The notes: a model not told the origin generated them from the letters alone. A DNA stretch of 64,000 nucleotides from Candidatus Binataceae bacterium (GCA_041491005.1 JBGPUE010000002.1:17218-81217), one strand, 5' to 3'; shown: positions 20,540 through 30,739, numbered from the stretch's first letter. Translations and numbers: made by a program.

Positions 20540-21418
20540 CTATTCGACGCGCGCGACCTTCTGGAGCGCCGCCGCCAGCGCCTGGGTGCCGTCATGATCG
20601 TGCCCCAGCGCTGAGGCGGTGTTGAACATCGAGGCGACCATCGGCAGGCCCGGCAGCGCCAGCCCCGCCTCGCGCGCTGCCTCGGCGACCAGGCGGAGAT
20701 CCTTGCGCATCAGCTTGATGAAGAATCCCGGGCGCCAGTCGCGTGCGATGATCTTCGGGCCGAGGTTGCTCAGTTGCCATGACGCCGCCGCACCGGCGCC
20801 GATCGCTTCGAGCACGCGCTCCGGATCCAGTCCGCCGCGCTCCGCGAACAGCAGCGCCTCAGCTGCGGCTTCCAGCGTCAACGCGACCGCAATTTGGTTG
20901 GCGAGCTTGGTCATCTGGCCCGCGCCAGACGGGCCCATATGCGTGATGCGCTTGCCGAGCACTGCCAACAGCGGTTCGGCCTTGGCGAATGCCGAGGCTT
21001 CGCCGCCCACCATGATCGTGAGCGTGCCCTCGATCGCGCCGGACTCGCCGCCGGAGACAGGCGCATCGAGATAGGCGATATCGCGCTCGGCCAGCCGCGC
21101 GGCGATCGATCGCGCGGCGGCGGGGGCTGTCGTGCCCATGTCGATCACAAGCTGGCCGCTCGCAAGCACTGGCGCGATCCGCTCGATCGCCTGCTCGAGA
21201 TCGGGTGTATCCGGAACCATGATGAAGATCGCATCGGCGCCGCGGGCCGCCTCCGCTGCGTCAGCCGTCACGATCGCGCCGTCGGCAGCGAGTGCGCGGG
21301 CCTTCTCTGGTGTACGGTTGAATACCCGTACGTGATGGCCGCCGCGAAGCAGCCGCCGCGCCATCGGCGCGCCCATGATGCCGGTGCCGATCCAGCCCAG
21401 TTCCACGCGGCGCAGCAT
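20540..21418 (-). CDS. NAD(P)-dependent 3-hydroxyisobutyrate dehydrogenase-like oxidoreductase
   Basis: Rossmann N-terminus (GWIGTGIMGAPMARRLLRGGHHVRVFNRT) and the HIBADH/6-PGDH-like family. Together with the two crotonases this suggests a valine-catabolism cluster. Confidence 0.75.
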   Translation of the reverse strand: MLRRVELGWIGTGIMGAPMARRLLRGGHHVRVFNRTPEKARALAADGAIVTADAAEAARGADAIFIMVPDTPDLEQAIERIAPVLASGQLVIDMGTTAPAAARSIAARLAERDIAYLDAPVSGGESGAIEGTLTIMVGGEASAFAKAEPLLAVLGKRITHMGPSGAGQMTKLANQIAVALTLEAAAEALLFAERGGLDPERVLEAIGAGAAASWQLSNLGPKIIARDWRPGFFIKLMRKDLRLVAEAAREAGLALPGLPMVASMFNTASALGHDHDGTQALAAALQKVARVE

Positions 21419-21515
21419 AGCGCGGCCGCGCGCACGATTGGAAATGCACGACGCTACCGCGGCGCGAACTTCAGGCTGATCGCGCCAGCGGGTCGACTTG
21501 AGGCGTCAGCGGCGC

Positions 21516-23798
21516 TTACGCGGCGGCCCGCGCGGACGGCGCGGCCTCATCCTCCGCGATCGAGCCGCGCTTGGACAGCACCACTGCGACGGTGATCAGC
21601 GCGATCGCCACTGCCACCACCAGCACGCTCCCCGCCGAGAAGTCGAAGAGGTCGGACGGCACGAAGGGCGCCGCGAGGATGGCGACGAGGTTCATCACCT
21701 TGATCATCGGGTTGAGCGCCGGGCCGGCCGTATCCTTGAACGGATCGCCAACCGTATCGCCGACCACGGTGGCCTTGTGCACGTCGGTGCCTTTGCCGCC
21801 GAGGAAGCCGTCCTCTACCTTCTTCTTCGCGTTGTCCCAAGTGCCGCCGGCATTCGACATGAAGACCGCCATCAGCTGGCCGGTGAGGATCGCGCCGCCA
21901 AGGAATCCGCCCAGCGCGCCGGCGCCCAGCCCGAACCCGACCAGCAGCGGTCCGAAGATCGCCAGGATGGCCGGCCCGAGCAATTCCTTCTGCGCGCTGG
22001 CCGTCACGATATCGACGCAGCGGCTGTAGTCGGGCTTCTCGGTGCCTTCCATGATTCCCGGATGCTCGCGGAACTGGCGGCGCACCTCGACCACAACCTG
22101 GTAGGCGCTGCGTCCGACCGCCTTGATCGCGAACGAGCTGAACAGGAACGGCACCGCGCCGCCGATCATCATCCCGACGAACACCGTCGGCATGTTCACC
22201 TGCACGCCTATCAGCGTCAGATGCGCCTCATCGATGAAGGAGCGGAACAGCGACACCGCCGCGATTACCGCGCTCGCAATCGCCAGCCCCTTGGTCAGCG
22301 CCTTGGTGGTGTTGCCGATCGCGTCCATCCACGACAACGTGCGCGACGCCTCCTCTTGATGGATGCCGCCCATCTCGAAGATGCCGTGCGCGTTGTCGGT
22401 GATCGGACCGTAGGTGTCCATCGCAAGGATGAAACCGGTGGTGGTGAGCAGGCCCAATCCAGTCAGCGCGATTCCGTAGAACTGCAGCGCCGGAGACTCG
22501 CGGAAGAGAAGCATCGCGCCGATGATCGATGCCGCGATGACCATCAGCGCCCACACCGACGATTCCAGTCCCTCGGCCAGCCCCGCCAGGATCAGCGTTG
22601 CGGGGCCGGTCTTCGCCGCCGTCGCGCATTCGGTGACGGGGGGGTAGTCCGGATGTGTGAAGTAGTTGGTCAGCCACAGCGTGACGACCGACAGCGCCAC
22701 TCCGATCGTCGCGGCGAATGAGAAGCGCCAGTCGATCGCGCCGGTGCGCGGATCGTCGAGATAGAGTGCGTTGACGATGAAGAAGCCAATCACCGACAGG
22801 ACCGCGGAGGTAAGGTAGCCACGGATAATCGGGCGCATCGGATCGCGCATCGTAGTGCCTTCGGCCACCCGCACCGCCATGATGCCGGCAATCGAAGAGA
22901 ACACGCCGACTGCGCGCAGCATCAGCGCGAAGATGATGAGTTTCATCGCGAACGCGCCGGCCATCGCACCGTAAGCCGCGATGAAATCCTTCTCGCCGAT
23001 CGCGTAGGCCGCCAGAATAATCGCCGCGACCAACGTCACCTCGTACGATTCGAAGACGTCGGCCGCCATCCCCGCGCAATCGCCGACGTTGTCGCCCACG
23101 TTGTCGGCGATGGTCGCGGCGTTACGCGGGTCGTCCTCGGGGATGCCCGCCTCGATCTTGCCGACGAGGTCGCCGCCGACGTCAGCCGCCTTGGTGAAGA
23201 TGCCGCCGCCCACGCGCATGAACAGCGCCGCCAGCGAACCGCCGAAGCCGAACCCGACCAGCACTTTCATCGCGTCCTGGCCGTAGATCAGAAAGATGAT
23301 CGTTGCGCCGAGCAGGCCCAGCCCGACCGTGAACATTCCGGAGACGCCGCCCGCCTTGAAGGCGAGTTCCATCGCGGCCTTGAAGCTCGTCAGCGCGGCA
23401 TTGGCGCTGCGCACGTTGCCTTTGACGGCCAGCCACATACCTACGAAGCCCGCGCCGTACGAAGCGGTGACGCCCATCAGGAATGCGACTGCCACGCCGA
23501 TCGGGAGATACAGCCCCTGTCCGGCGTACGAATGCCGGTACATCATGAACAGCCCGACGAAGACGATCAGCACGAACCATCGCATCGTGCGGATCTGGCG
23601 CCGCAGGTAGGCCATCGCGCCTTCCTCAATTGCCGACGCGACGTCGGTCATCGACTTGGGGCCGGGGTCCGCGGCCAGCACAGCACGCACGAGATGGAGG
23701 CCATAAAGCAGCGCGATGACGGCCGACAGCAGGACGCCCCAGAGGATCATTCTCTGCGCGTCGGTCAGAATTGGCAGGGCAATACTGGCTTCACTCAT
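21516..23798 (-). CDS. hppA: Membrane-bound proton-translocating pyrophosphatase
   Basis: 760-aa polytopic protein with H+-PPase signature segments (GGIFTKAADVGGDLVGKIEAGIPEDDPRNAATIADNVGDNVGD, DNAKK). Confidence 0.9.
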   Translation of the reverse strand: MSEASIALPILTDAQRMILWGVLLSAVIALLYGLHLVRAVLAADPGPKSMTDVASAIEEGAMAYLRRQIRTMRWFVLIVFVGLFMMYRHSYAGQGLYLPIGVAVAFLMGVTASYGAGFVGMWLAVKGNVRSANAALTSFKAAMELAFKAGGVSGMFTVGLGLLGATIIFLIYGQDAMKVLVGFGFGGSLAALFMRVGGGIFTKAADVGGDLVGKIEAGIPEDDPRNAATIADNVGDNVGDCAGMAADVFESYEVTLVAAIILAAYAIGEKDFIAAYGAMAGAFAMKLIIFALMLRAVGVFSSIAGIMAVRVAEGTTMRDPMRPIIRGYLTSAVLSVIGFFIVNALYLDDPRTGAIDWRFSFAATIGVALSVVTLWLTNYFTHPDYPPVTECATAAKTGPATLILAGLAEGLESSVWALMVIAASIIGAMLLFRESPALQFYGIALTGLGLLTTTGFILAMDTYGPITDNAHGIFEMGGIHQEEASRTLSWMDAIGNTTKALTKGLAIASAVIAAVSLFRSFIDEAHLTLIGVQVNMPTVFVGMMIGGAVPFLFSSFAIKAVGRSAYQVVVEVRRQFREHPGIMEGTEKPDYSRCVDIVTASAQKELLGPAILAIFGPLLVGFGLGAGALGGFLGGAILTGQLMAVFMSNAGGTWDNAKKKVEDGFLGGKGTDVHKATVVGDTVGDPFKDTAGPALNPMIKVMNLVAILAAPFVPSDLFDFSAGSVLVVAVAIALITVAVVLSKRGSIAEDEAAPSARAAA

Positions 23799-23964
23799 CG
23801 TGGGCGAATCTCCGGGAGAGCGATCTCATCGGATGCTTATGGATGTTTGGCCGATTCATCAGCGGCACGTAGCCGACCATGCTTATCCAATCCGGAGGAT
23901 GTATCTCAAGGAAGTGAACCGGTCCAGCCAATTGCCGCGCAACTTCGCTCGGGATCCCTGCGCT

Positions 23965-24336
23965 TTACGGCTCGCCGTTCGAGGTCGGCGTCGAATTTTC
24001 GACGCCCGTGCTGAGCGCACGCAGAGCATCGCCGAGACCGTTGGATGGCAAGTTCTCGCTGGCTCCGCCTTCATCTCCGCTCGCCGCATGCATGTGGATC
24101 GCGGACTGCACTTGGCTCTCCGATACCTTGACCTGCAGACCATCACCGCGCCGCAGCCGGTTTCGATCCTCACTGCTCATTGACTGATAGATCTGCGCAG
24201 CTTGCGCGCCTTGGCTGCGGTTCAAGGCTTCGACGAATTGCTGTTGGGGTGACGTCTGGTGCGAACACGCACCAAGCGCCGTCGCGGCCGCCAAGATGAG
24301 CGCGATCCGCTTGGATGATCGTCCGCGACGTGCGAC
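23965..24336 (-). CDS. hypothetical small lipoprotein
   Basis: Signal peptide with lipobox (KRIALILAAATALGAC) ahead of a Q/S-rich ~100-aa body. GTG start inferred; the longer ORF-finder version would overlap the start of the + strand gene. Confidence 0.35.
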   Translation of the reverse strand, partial: VARRGRSSKRIALILAAATALGACSHQTSPQQQFVEALNRSQGAQAAQIYQSMSSEDRNRLRRGDGLQVKVSESQVQSAIHMHAASGDEGGASENLPSNGLGDALRALSTGVENSTPTSNGEP

Positions 24337-24363
24337 TTTCGCCCCTGAAGGAGGACCAACCCG

Positions 24364-24786
24364 ATGGCGATGTCGAAGGAACATGTCGATCAACTCCTCT
24401 CCCAACCCAACATCGCGGTGGTGGCGGTCACCGCTCCCGACGGCCATCCGCATGCCGTCCCGACTTGGTACGAGTACCGCGATGGCGAGGTGGTCTTTCA
24501 CACCGCCGCCAGCGCGTTCAAGTACCGCTGCCTTCAACATGATAACCGCGTCGCGCTATGCGTCGATACCCGCGTGGCGCCCTGCAAGGCCGTGATCGTC
24601 AAGGGGCGCGCCTCGATGATCGAAACTATGGACGACGAGAGGCTTGAACGAATGTCGATCGCGTATCTTGGCGAGAAAGCCGGGCGCGCCTACGCGAAGA
24701 CGCTCAAGGGCCAGAAGATGGTCGTGGTGCGCTTCAAACCCACGCGAACCATCTCTTGGGATTACACGGGCGAACTACCGACATGA
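24364..24786 (+). CDS. Pyridoxamine 5'-phosphate oxidase family protein (PPOX class, putative F420-dependent)
   Basis: 140-aa split-barrel FMN/F420-binding fold pattern (NIAVVAVTAPDGHPHAVPTWYEYRDGEVVFHT...VALCVD). Confidence 0.6.
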   Translation: MAMSKEHVDQLLSQPNIAVVAVTAPDGHPHAVPTWYEYRDGEVVFHTAASAFKYRCLQHDNRVALCVDTRVAPCKAVIVKGRASMIETMDDERLERMSIAYLGEKAGRAYAKTLKGQKMVVVRFKPTRTISWDYTGELPT

Positions 24787-24850
24787 TAGAGGCGTGCGCC
24801 CGGAGACCAAGCCGCTTCAAGGTCGCATCGGATCCAGGGAGGAACGCGCG

Positions 24851-25858
24851 ATGCTAAGGACCAGGATTTGCGATTTGTTCGGAATCGAGTTGCCGATCAT
24901 CGGAGCCGGGATGGGTGGTGTCGCGATGGCGGAGTTGGCGGCGGCGATCTCCAATGCGGGCGGCCTCGGCACCCTTGGTCTGGGCGGGCTGCCTCCGGAA
25001 GTGATGCGCGCTCAGATCAAGGCCACACGCGAACTCACCGTAAAGCCGTTCGCAGTCAACCTCCTGGTTCCGTTGATGCCCCCCGGGGCGGTCGAGGCCG
25101 TGCTTGAGGCGGGCGCGCGAATCGTCACGTTCTTCTGGGGCGACTGCGACGACCGCGTCGCGAAGTGCAAACGCGCCGGCGCCAAAGTGATCTGGCATTG
25201 TGGATCACCTGAAGAAGCGGCGGCCGCTCGCGGCGCAGGTGTCGATGCAGTAATCGCGCAAGGCTTTGAGGCTGGTGGACATGTGCGCGGCACGACTACC
25301 ACGATGGCGCTGATCCCGCAGGTGCGCGATGCGATCGGCGATCTGCCGCTCATCGCAGCCGGCGGGATCGCGGACGGACGGGGCTTTGCCGCGGCTTTGG
25401 CGCTTGGCGCTGATGGCGCGGCGTTCGGCACACGCTTTCTGCTCGCGCACGAATGCCTCGCGCATGCGGACTATAAGCGAGCCATCTCAAGCGCCCGCTC
25501 CGAAGACACTCTTCACACCACGCTTTACGACATCGAATGGCCAAATGCGGCGCATCGTGTACTGCGCACGCCGCTGGTTAAGAGATGGGAAGACGCGGGC
25601 CGGCCCGCGTCGGGCAAACGTCCCGGCGAAGGTGAACAGGTCGGCAAGCTCAAGATGGGCGAAATCGAGGCGCCGCTGGTGCGCTATTCGGCGCAGCCTC
25701 CTGTCTCGTACTTCGAGGGCGATACCGGCGGGCTTGCATGGTATGCGGGCCAGTCATGCGCGCTGGTGCGCGAAGCGCTCCCGGCTGGCGAGATCGTCCG
25801 GCGCATCGCCGCCGAGGCGCGCGAAGTCATCGCAAAGCATCTGGCTCCGCTAGCGTGA
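24851..25858 (+). CDS. Nitronate monooxygenase / 2-nitropropane dioxygenase family (FMN-dependent, FabK-like TIM barrel)
   Basis: MLRTRICDLFGIELPIIGAGMGGVAMAELAAAISNAGGLGTLG is the canonical NMO N-terminus. Start moved to that Met. Confidence 0.8.
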   Translation: MLRTRICDLFGIELPIIGAGMGGVAMAELAAAISNAGGLGTLGLGGLPPEVMRAQIKATRELTVKPFAVNLLVPLMPPGAVEAVLEAGARIVTFFWGDCDDRVAKCKRAGAKVIWHCGSPEEAAAARGAGVDAVIAQGFEAGGHVRGTTTTMALIPQVRDAIGDLPLIAAGGIADGRGFAAALALGADGAAFGTRFLLAHECLAHADYKRAISSARSEDTLHTTLYDIEWPNAAHRVLRTPLVKRWEDAGRPASGKRPGEGEQVGKLKMGEIEAPLVRYSAQPPVSYFEGDTGGLAWYAGQSCALVREALPAGEIVRRIAAEAREVIAKHLAPLA

Positions 25859-25868
25859 CAGGATACCC

Positions 25869-26222
25869 TTGGCCGCTCGCCGCCATTCTGAGCCCTTCGA
25901 CTCCGTTCACGATAGACTGCGCGAAGAAAGCCCGGCGTGGGACGTGGAATACTACGTATACATAGTGAGCAGCCCGTCGCGCGCGCTATACACAGGCGTC
26001 ACGAACGACATCGTACGCCGAGTCGATGAGCATAGGCGTGGAGAGGGAAGCCGCTTCGCCAAAAGGTACCGGATCACTCGGCTCGTCTATGTTGAAGAGA
26101 CTGATAGCCTTGAGGCGGCGATCGCTCGAGAGAAGCAGCTCAAGGGCTGGGTTCGCACCAGAAAGATTAGGCTGATCGAATCCTTGAACCCAGAGTGGAA
26201 CGACCTCATCGAGCAGAGGTGA
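25869..26222 (+). CDS. GIY-YIG nuclease family protein (small, stand-alone)
   Basis: YYVYIVSSPSRALYTGVTNDIVRRVDEHRRGEG... matches the GIY-(x10)-YTG(V/I)T motif with downstream R and E. A MITE-like repeat sits immediately downstream. Confidence 0.7.
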   Translation: MAARRHSEPFDSVHDRLREESPAWDVEYYVYIVSSPSRALYTGVTNDIVRRVDEHRRGEGSRFAKRYRITRLVYVEETDSLEAAIAREKQLKGWVRTRKIRLIESLNPEWNDLIEQR

Positions 26223-26255
26223 CCAATGCTTGACCCGTCACCCCGGCAGTGAGAT

Positions 26256-26361
26256 CCGGGATTCTTCGCTTCGCTCAGAATGACGACAACCGTAGCGAAG
26301 CCCCGATCTCGCTTCCTGGCCCTCCAATTTTCGTCATTCTGAGCGAAGCGAAGAATCCCGG
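26256..26361. mobile_element. MITE/REP-like element: perfect 31-bp inverted repeats flanking a 44-bp spacer
   Basis: ccgggattcttcgcttcgctcagaatgacga (26256..26286) and tcgtcattctgagcgaagcgaagaatcccgg (26331..26361) are exact reverse complements. Same core as the 18651 element. Confidence 0.7.
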
Positions 26362-26450
26362 TGTCTTTCGTCTGCCACGCATCAAGTAACTCGACGCTGT
26401 GGCGGCGCCGATTCGTTTCGCAAGGCCGTATCGTCTGCGATAATCCGCGC

Positions 26451-27500
26451 ATGGCGAAGGCAGTGCCGATGGAGGCGGTGGTCGAGGCGCTGGGGAAGAT
26501 AAAATACCCTGGCTACAGCACCGACATCCTCACGCTCGGATTGATCGACGATCTCGCCGCGACGCCGGATGGCGGTTTCAAGCTCACGCTCCGCCAGGCG
26601 ACCGAACGCGACGAGCTGATGCGCGAACTCGCCAGCGCGATCCATCGCGAACTCACGCATGACCTCGGCATCGCCAACCTCGAGCTCAAGGTGCGGCGGC
26701 TCGAGCCCGAACTCGGCGAGAAGACCGGCAAAGTCAGGCTCGAAGGCGTCCGTCATGTAATCGCCGTCGCCAGCGGCAAGGGCGGCGTCGGCAAATCGAC
26801 GGTCGCAGCGAACCTCGCTGTCGCGCTGAGCCAACTCGGGCATAAGGTCGGCCTGCTGGATGCCGACATCTATGGGCCGTCGGTGCCGATGATGTTCGGC
26901 ACGGGTGAGATGCGCCCGAAATCGAAGGACGGCCGCACCTTCTACCCGATTGAGATGCACGGATTGAAGCTGATCTCGATCGGCTTCTTCCTGGGCGAGA
27001 AGGCGCCGATCATCTGGCGCGGTCCGATGGTAATGGGGGCAGTGAAGCAGTTCCTCAAGGACGTTATCTGGGGTGAGCTGGACTTTCTGGTCGTCGATCT
27101 GCCGCCCGGCACCGGCGATGCGCAGTTGACGCTTGCGCAGCAGGTCTATCTGGACGGCGCGGTCATTGTCACCACGCCCCAGGATGTCGCGGTGCTTGAC
27201 GCGGAGCGGGCGGTCAAGATGTTCCGGCAGGTGCATTGCCCGATGCTCGGCGTGGTCGAGAACATGAGCTACTTCGTATGCTCTGATTGTGGCGAGCGCG
27301 CCGAATTGTTCGGCGCGGGCGGCGGAGAGCGGATGGCGAAGACGGAAGAGATGGAATTGCTGGCGCGGCTGCCGCTGTATTCCGAGCTGCGCGAGGCGGG
27401 CGACGCCGGCCTGCCGATCGCGATCGCGCATCCCGACCATCCGGCCAGCAAGGCCTTCGTTGAGCTTGCCAAACGGGTCATCGCCCAGATGAGCCGCTAG
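26451..27500 (+). CDS. apbC: Mrp/NBP35 family iron-sulfur cluster carrier ATPase (ApbC)
   Basis: N-terminal MIP18-like domain, Walker A (GKGGVGKST) and CxxC motif (CSDCGE). Start set at MAKAVPMEAV; the ORF-finder start lies inside the repeat element. Confidence 0.85.
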   Translation: MAKAVPMEAVVEALGKIKYPGYSTDILTLGLIDDLAATPDGGFKLTLRQATERDELMRELASAIHRELTHDLGIANLELKVRRLEPELGEKTGKVRLEGVRHVIAVASGKGGVGKSTVAANLAVALSQLGHKVGLLDADIYGPSVPMMFGTGEMRPKSKDGRTFYPIEMHGLKLISIGFFLGEKAPIIWRGPMVMGAVKQFLKDVIWGELDFLVVDLPPGTGDAQLTLAQQVYLDGAVIVTTPQDVAVLDAERAVKMFRQVHCPMLGVVENMSYFVCSDCGERAELFGAGGGERMAKTEEMELLARLPLYSELREAGDAGLPIAIAHPDHPASKAFVELAKRVIAQMSR

Positions 27501-27650
27501 CGGGCAACCCCCCTTGCTCATGCGCCAAGCCGCCGTTATTCTTCCCGACTAATTGATCGGAACTGAAAGGCAAGACCGCTTCATTCGGCGCTGCCCGCGG
27601 CCGAACCTCCCAGCCGCTCCATAACGATACAAGGAACGCTTTGAAACGGG

Positions 27651-27986
27651 ATGTCCACGCTTATCACCGAGGAATGCATCAACTGCGGCGCCTGCGAGCC
27701 GGAGTGTCCCAACACCGCGATTTACGAGGGTGGCGCGCAATGGGAACTGGAGGGCGCGACTCATCCCGCGATCAAGGAAGACATCTATTATATTGTCCCG
27801 GACAAATGCACTGAATGTGTCGGCTTCTTCGATCAGGAGCAGTGCGCTGCGGTATGTCCGGTGGACTGCTGCGTGCCCGATCCCAACATCCCGGAGAGCG
27901 AAGAAGTGCTGATCGAGCGCGCAAAGAAGATGCATCCGGATCAGGCCTTCAGCGCGGACTTTCCTTCGCGTTTCAGAAAAAAGTGA
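27651..27986 (+). CDS. Ferredoxin (2x[4Fe-4S] type, YfhL-like)
   Basis: [12 protein letters not shown] and [18 protein letters not shown] cysteine clusters. Confidence 0.8.
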   Translation: MSTLITEECINCGACEPECPNTAIYEGGAQWELEGATHPAIKEDIYYIVPDKCTECVGFFDQEQCAAVCPVDCCVPDPNIPESEEVLIERAKKMHPDQAFSADFPSRFRKK

Positions 27987-28204
27987 CCGCGCTTGCACCG
28001 GGGGTGAGGTGAAGAAGAGCGGGAGGAATCGGAGCGACGGAGTCGCGCAGGCATCGAGCCCGGCAAGCGTGGGGCCGCTGTTTACATCGCGGGACCGCTC
28101 CGATACAAGGCACGAGAGCCTGCGTTTGGCTATGGGGGCGCGGGCTGGTGTGTGCGCCGCATCAACGGGGGAGCGGAGCGCCGTCCCTGAACTGAGTGGG
28201 TGGA

Positions 28205-29308
28205 ATGTCCAAGATTAGGGTGGCAATCGCTGGTGTCGGCAACTGCGCCTCGTCGCTGTTGCAGGGAATCGAGCACTACAAACACGCTCCGCTCAACGAG
28301 AAGGAACCGCCGATCGGCCTGATGCACTACGATCTCGGCGGCTACCGGCCCGGCGACATCGAGGTCGCTTGCGCATTCGACGTCGATGCGCGCAAGGTCG
28401 GCCGTCCGCTCGAGGAAGCCTGCTTTGCGCCGCCCAACAACACGCTGACCATCTGGCCCGACCTGCCGGAATACGGCGTCCATGTGGACATGGGCGAGAT
28501 TCACGACGGGATCGCCGAGCACATGTCTGCCTATCCGCCTGAGCGCTCTTTTGTGGCCGCCAAGGAGCCGCCGGTCAATATCGAGAAGCGGCTCAGCGAT
28601 ACTGGCGCTGAGGTACTGCTCTGCTATCTGCCGGTCGGCAGCCAGAATGCCGTCGAGCGATACACCCGCGCATGCCTCGCCACTGGCGTCAGCCTGCTCA
28701 ACTGCATGCCGGTATTCATCGTTTCCACCGAGAAGTGGGCCAAGCAGTTCAGCGAGCGCGGCATCCCGGCGATTGGCGACGACGTCAAATCGCAGCTTGG
28801 CGCGACGATCCTGCATCGCACGGTGATGCGCCTGTTCGCCGAGCGGGGCATCAAGATCCGCCACACCTATCAGCTCAATACCGGCGGCAACACCGACTTT
28901 CTCAACATGCTCGATCGCAAGCGGCTGGGGTCCAAGCGCGTCTCCAAGACCGAGGCGGTGCAGAGCGTGCTCGCCGATCCGATGCCCGCCAACGATGTCC
29001 ACATCGGCCCGTCTGACTACGTTCCGTGGCAGAAGGACAACAAGGTCTGCTTCATCCGCATCGAGGGTGAGGGCTTCGGTGGCGTGCCGGTCGAGCTGGA
29101 GGCACGCCTGTCGGTCCAGGATTCGCCCAACTCCGGCGGCATCGTGATCGATGCGATCCGCTGCTTGCGCCTGGCGCGCGATCGCAAGATCGGCGGCCCG
29201 CTGTACTCGATGTCGGCCTATTCGATGAAGCATCCGCCGCAGCAGATGATCGACGACGTCGCACGCGAACGGGTCGAGAAGTTCATCGCCGGCGAACTCG
29301 AGCGCTAG
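28205..29308 (+). CDS. ino1: myo-inositol-1-phosphate synthase (archaeal/bacterial short type)
   Basis: MSKIRVAIAGVGNCASSLLQGIEHYK is the characteristic MIPS N-terminus. Rossmann fold plus C-terminal catalytic domain, ~368 aa. Confidence 0.8.
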   Translation: MSKIRVAIAGVGNCASSLLQGIEHYKHAPLNEKEPPIGLMHYDLGGYRPGDIEVACAFDVDARKVGRPLEEACFAPPNNTLTIWPDLPEYGVHVDMGEIHDGIAEHMSAYPPERSFVAAKEPPVNIEKRLSDTGAEVLLCYLPVGSQNAVERYTRACLATGVSLLNCMPVFIVSTEKWAKQFSERGIPAIGDDVKSQLGATILHRTVMRLFAERGIKIRHTYQLNTGGNTDFLNMLDRKRLGSKRVSKTEAVQSVLADPMPANDVHIGPSDYVPWQKDNKVCFIRIEGEGFGGVPVELEARLSVQDSPNSGGIVIDAIRCLRLARDRKIGGPLYSMSAYSMKHPPQQMIDDVARERVEKFIAGELER

Positions 29309-29480
29309 CCGACTTTTCTTCTTCCAGTCCCCTTTGCATGAGTCTCCTCATTCCCTCTCCCTGTCCGGGGAGAGGGTAGGGCGAGGGTTCTGTCTGCGGT
29401 CTTGAACGTTAGGGTCTCCTTATGGCCCGCGCCGCGCTATCTTCCGTATCGCATTCGGGTGCGCCTAGAATCAGGCGGCG

Positions 29481-30710
29481 ATGGTGCTTAAGGACAAGCG
29501 AATCCTGGTTGGAGTCAGCGGCGGCATCGCGGCTTACAAGGCGGCCGAACTGATCCGCCAGCTCGTTAGTCGCGGCGCGAACGTCCGCGTCATGATGACG
29601 CGAAACGCGGCCGAATTCATCACACCGCTGACGTTGCAGACGCTCAGCGCCAATCCGGTTGCGAGCGATACCTTCAGCCTCACGCAGGAATCCGAAATCG
29701 GCCACATCCGGCTCGCCGACACCTCCGATGCGATCGTGATTGCACCTGCGACTGCTGACGTGATTGCCAAGGCCGCGGTCGGCATCGCTGACGACATCGT
29801 CACAACTGTGCTGCTCGCGGCGCAATGCCCGATCGCGTTTGCGCCCGCGATGAACGTCCACATGTACGCTCATCCTACGGTCACCGAGAACCTCGCGAAG
29901 CTCGCCGCGCGCGCCGTCACTATCATCGAACCGGGCGAGGGCGCGCTGGCCTGCGGCTACGAGGGCAAGGGCAGGATGGCCGAGCCGGCCGACATCGTCG
30001 AAGAGCTCGAGCGGATGCTCTCCGCGCATGATCTTGCCGGCGAACGCGTACTGGTCACTGCAGGCCCGACTCAGGAAGCGATCGATCCGGTGAGATTCGT
30101 CTCGAATCGTTCGTCGGGCAAGATGGGTTTCGCGATCGCGCGGGCTGCATGGCGCCGTGGCGCCGAGGTCCGCATCGTAGCGGGACCCAGCGCGCTGGCT
30201 ACGCCTCGCGGTGTCGAGCGGATCGATACCGTAAGCGCGGCCGAGATGTTGCGCGCGACGGCAGAGAACTTCCCGTGGTGCACGGTGCTGGTGATGGCGG
30301 CGGCGATTGCCGACTTCCGCCCGGCTCGTCCGTCAGCGCATAAGGTCAAGAAGAATTCGCGCGGGATGAGCCTCGAAATGACCGCGATCGCCGATGAGCT
30401 GCCGCGGCTGGCCGCGCGCAAGGGCAACCGCGTGCTAGTCGGCTTCGCGGCGGAGACCGAAGATCTCGAGCGCAACGCCGCGGACAAGCTGCGCCGCAAG
30501 AAGCTCGATCTGATTGTCGCCAACGACGTGATGGCCGAGGGCGCCGGCTTCGGCGTCGATACCAACATCGTCACTGTGATCGGCGCCGATGGGAGTTCGC
30601 GCAGCCATCCGATGCTGCCCAAGGACGAGGTCGCCGACCTGATCCTCGATCGAGTTGCGACGATGCGCAGCGTCCGCACGAAGGTCCGTGCACTCAGAGC
30701 CGTCCGCTAG
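29481..30710 (+). CDS. coaBC: Bifunctional phosphopantothenoylcysteine decarboxylase / phosphopantothenate-cysteine ligase
   Basis: Flavoprotein N-domain (KRILVGVSGGIAAYKAAELIRQL) and DFP ligase C-domain (VSNRSSGKMG...KKK). The stop overlaps the left direct repeat of the insertion. Confidence 0.9.
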   Translation: MVLKDKRILVGVSGGIAAYKAAELIRQLVSRGANVRVMMTRNAAEFITPLTLQTLSANPVASDTFSLTQESEIGHIRLADTSDAIVIAPATADVIAKAAVGIADDIVTTVLLAAQCPIAFAPAMNVHMYAHPTVTENLAKLAARAVTIIEPGEGALACGYEGKGRMAEPADIVEELERMLSAHDLAGERVLVTAGPTQEAIDPVRFVSNRSSGKMGFAIARAAWRRGAEVRIVAGPSALATPRGVERIDTVSAAEMLRATAENFPWCTVLVMAAAIADFRPARPSAHKVKKNSRGMSLEMTAIADELPRLAARKGNRVLVGFAAETEDLERNAADKLRRKKLDLIVANDVMAEGAGFGVDTNIVTVIGADGSSRSHPMLPKDEVADLILDRVATMRSVRTKVRALRAVR

Positions 30711-30739
30711 GAGCCGCCCCGGCATGAGTTCCGCGCCGC
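30699..30739 (+). repeat. Left copy of a ~41-bp imperfect direct repeat (coaBC stop + UDG start codon region)
   Basis: gccgtccgctaggagccgccccggcatgagttccgcgccgc versus gccgcccgctaggagcgcgtcgcgatgagttccgcgccgc at 33222..33261. Shares gcc-g-ccgctaggagc and atgagttccgcgccgc, i.e. the first 5 codons of the UDG gene. Confidence 0.8.

Noticed and set aside
21498-22721. 407-aa plus-strand ORF opposite hppA
   Set aside because: Arg/Asp/His-rich low-complexity translation entirely antisense to the well-supported H+-PPase gene.
26382-29233. Long minus-strand ORFs overlapping mrp and ino1 (26382..27521 and 28130..29233)
   Set aside because: Same GC artefact. The plus-strand genes have clear family signatures (Mrp Walker A/CxxC, MIPS N-terminus); the antisense translations do not.
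29340-29380. Hairpin after ino1 (ccctctccc...gggagaggg) as another copy of the MITE family
   Set aside because: It forms a stem-loop but shares no sequence with the GTCATTCTGAGCG core. More likely a simple terminator-like structure.
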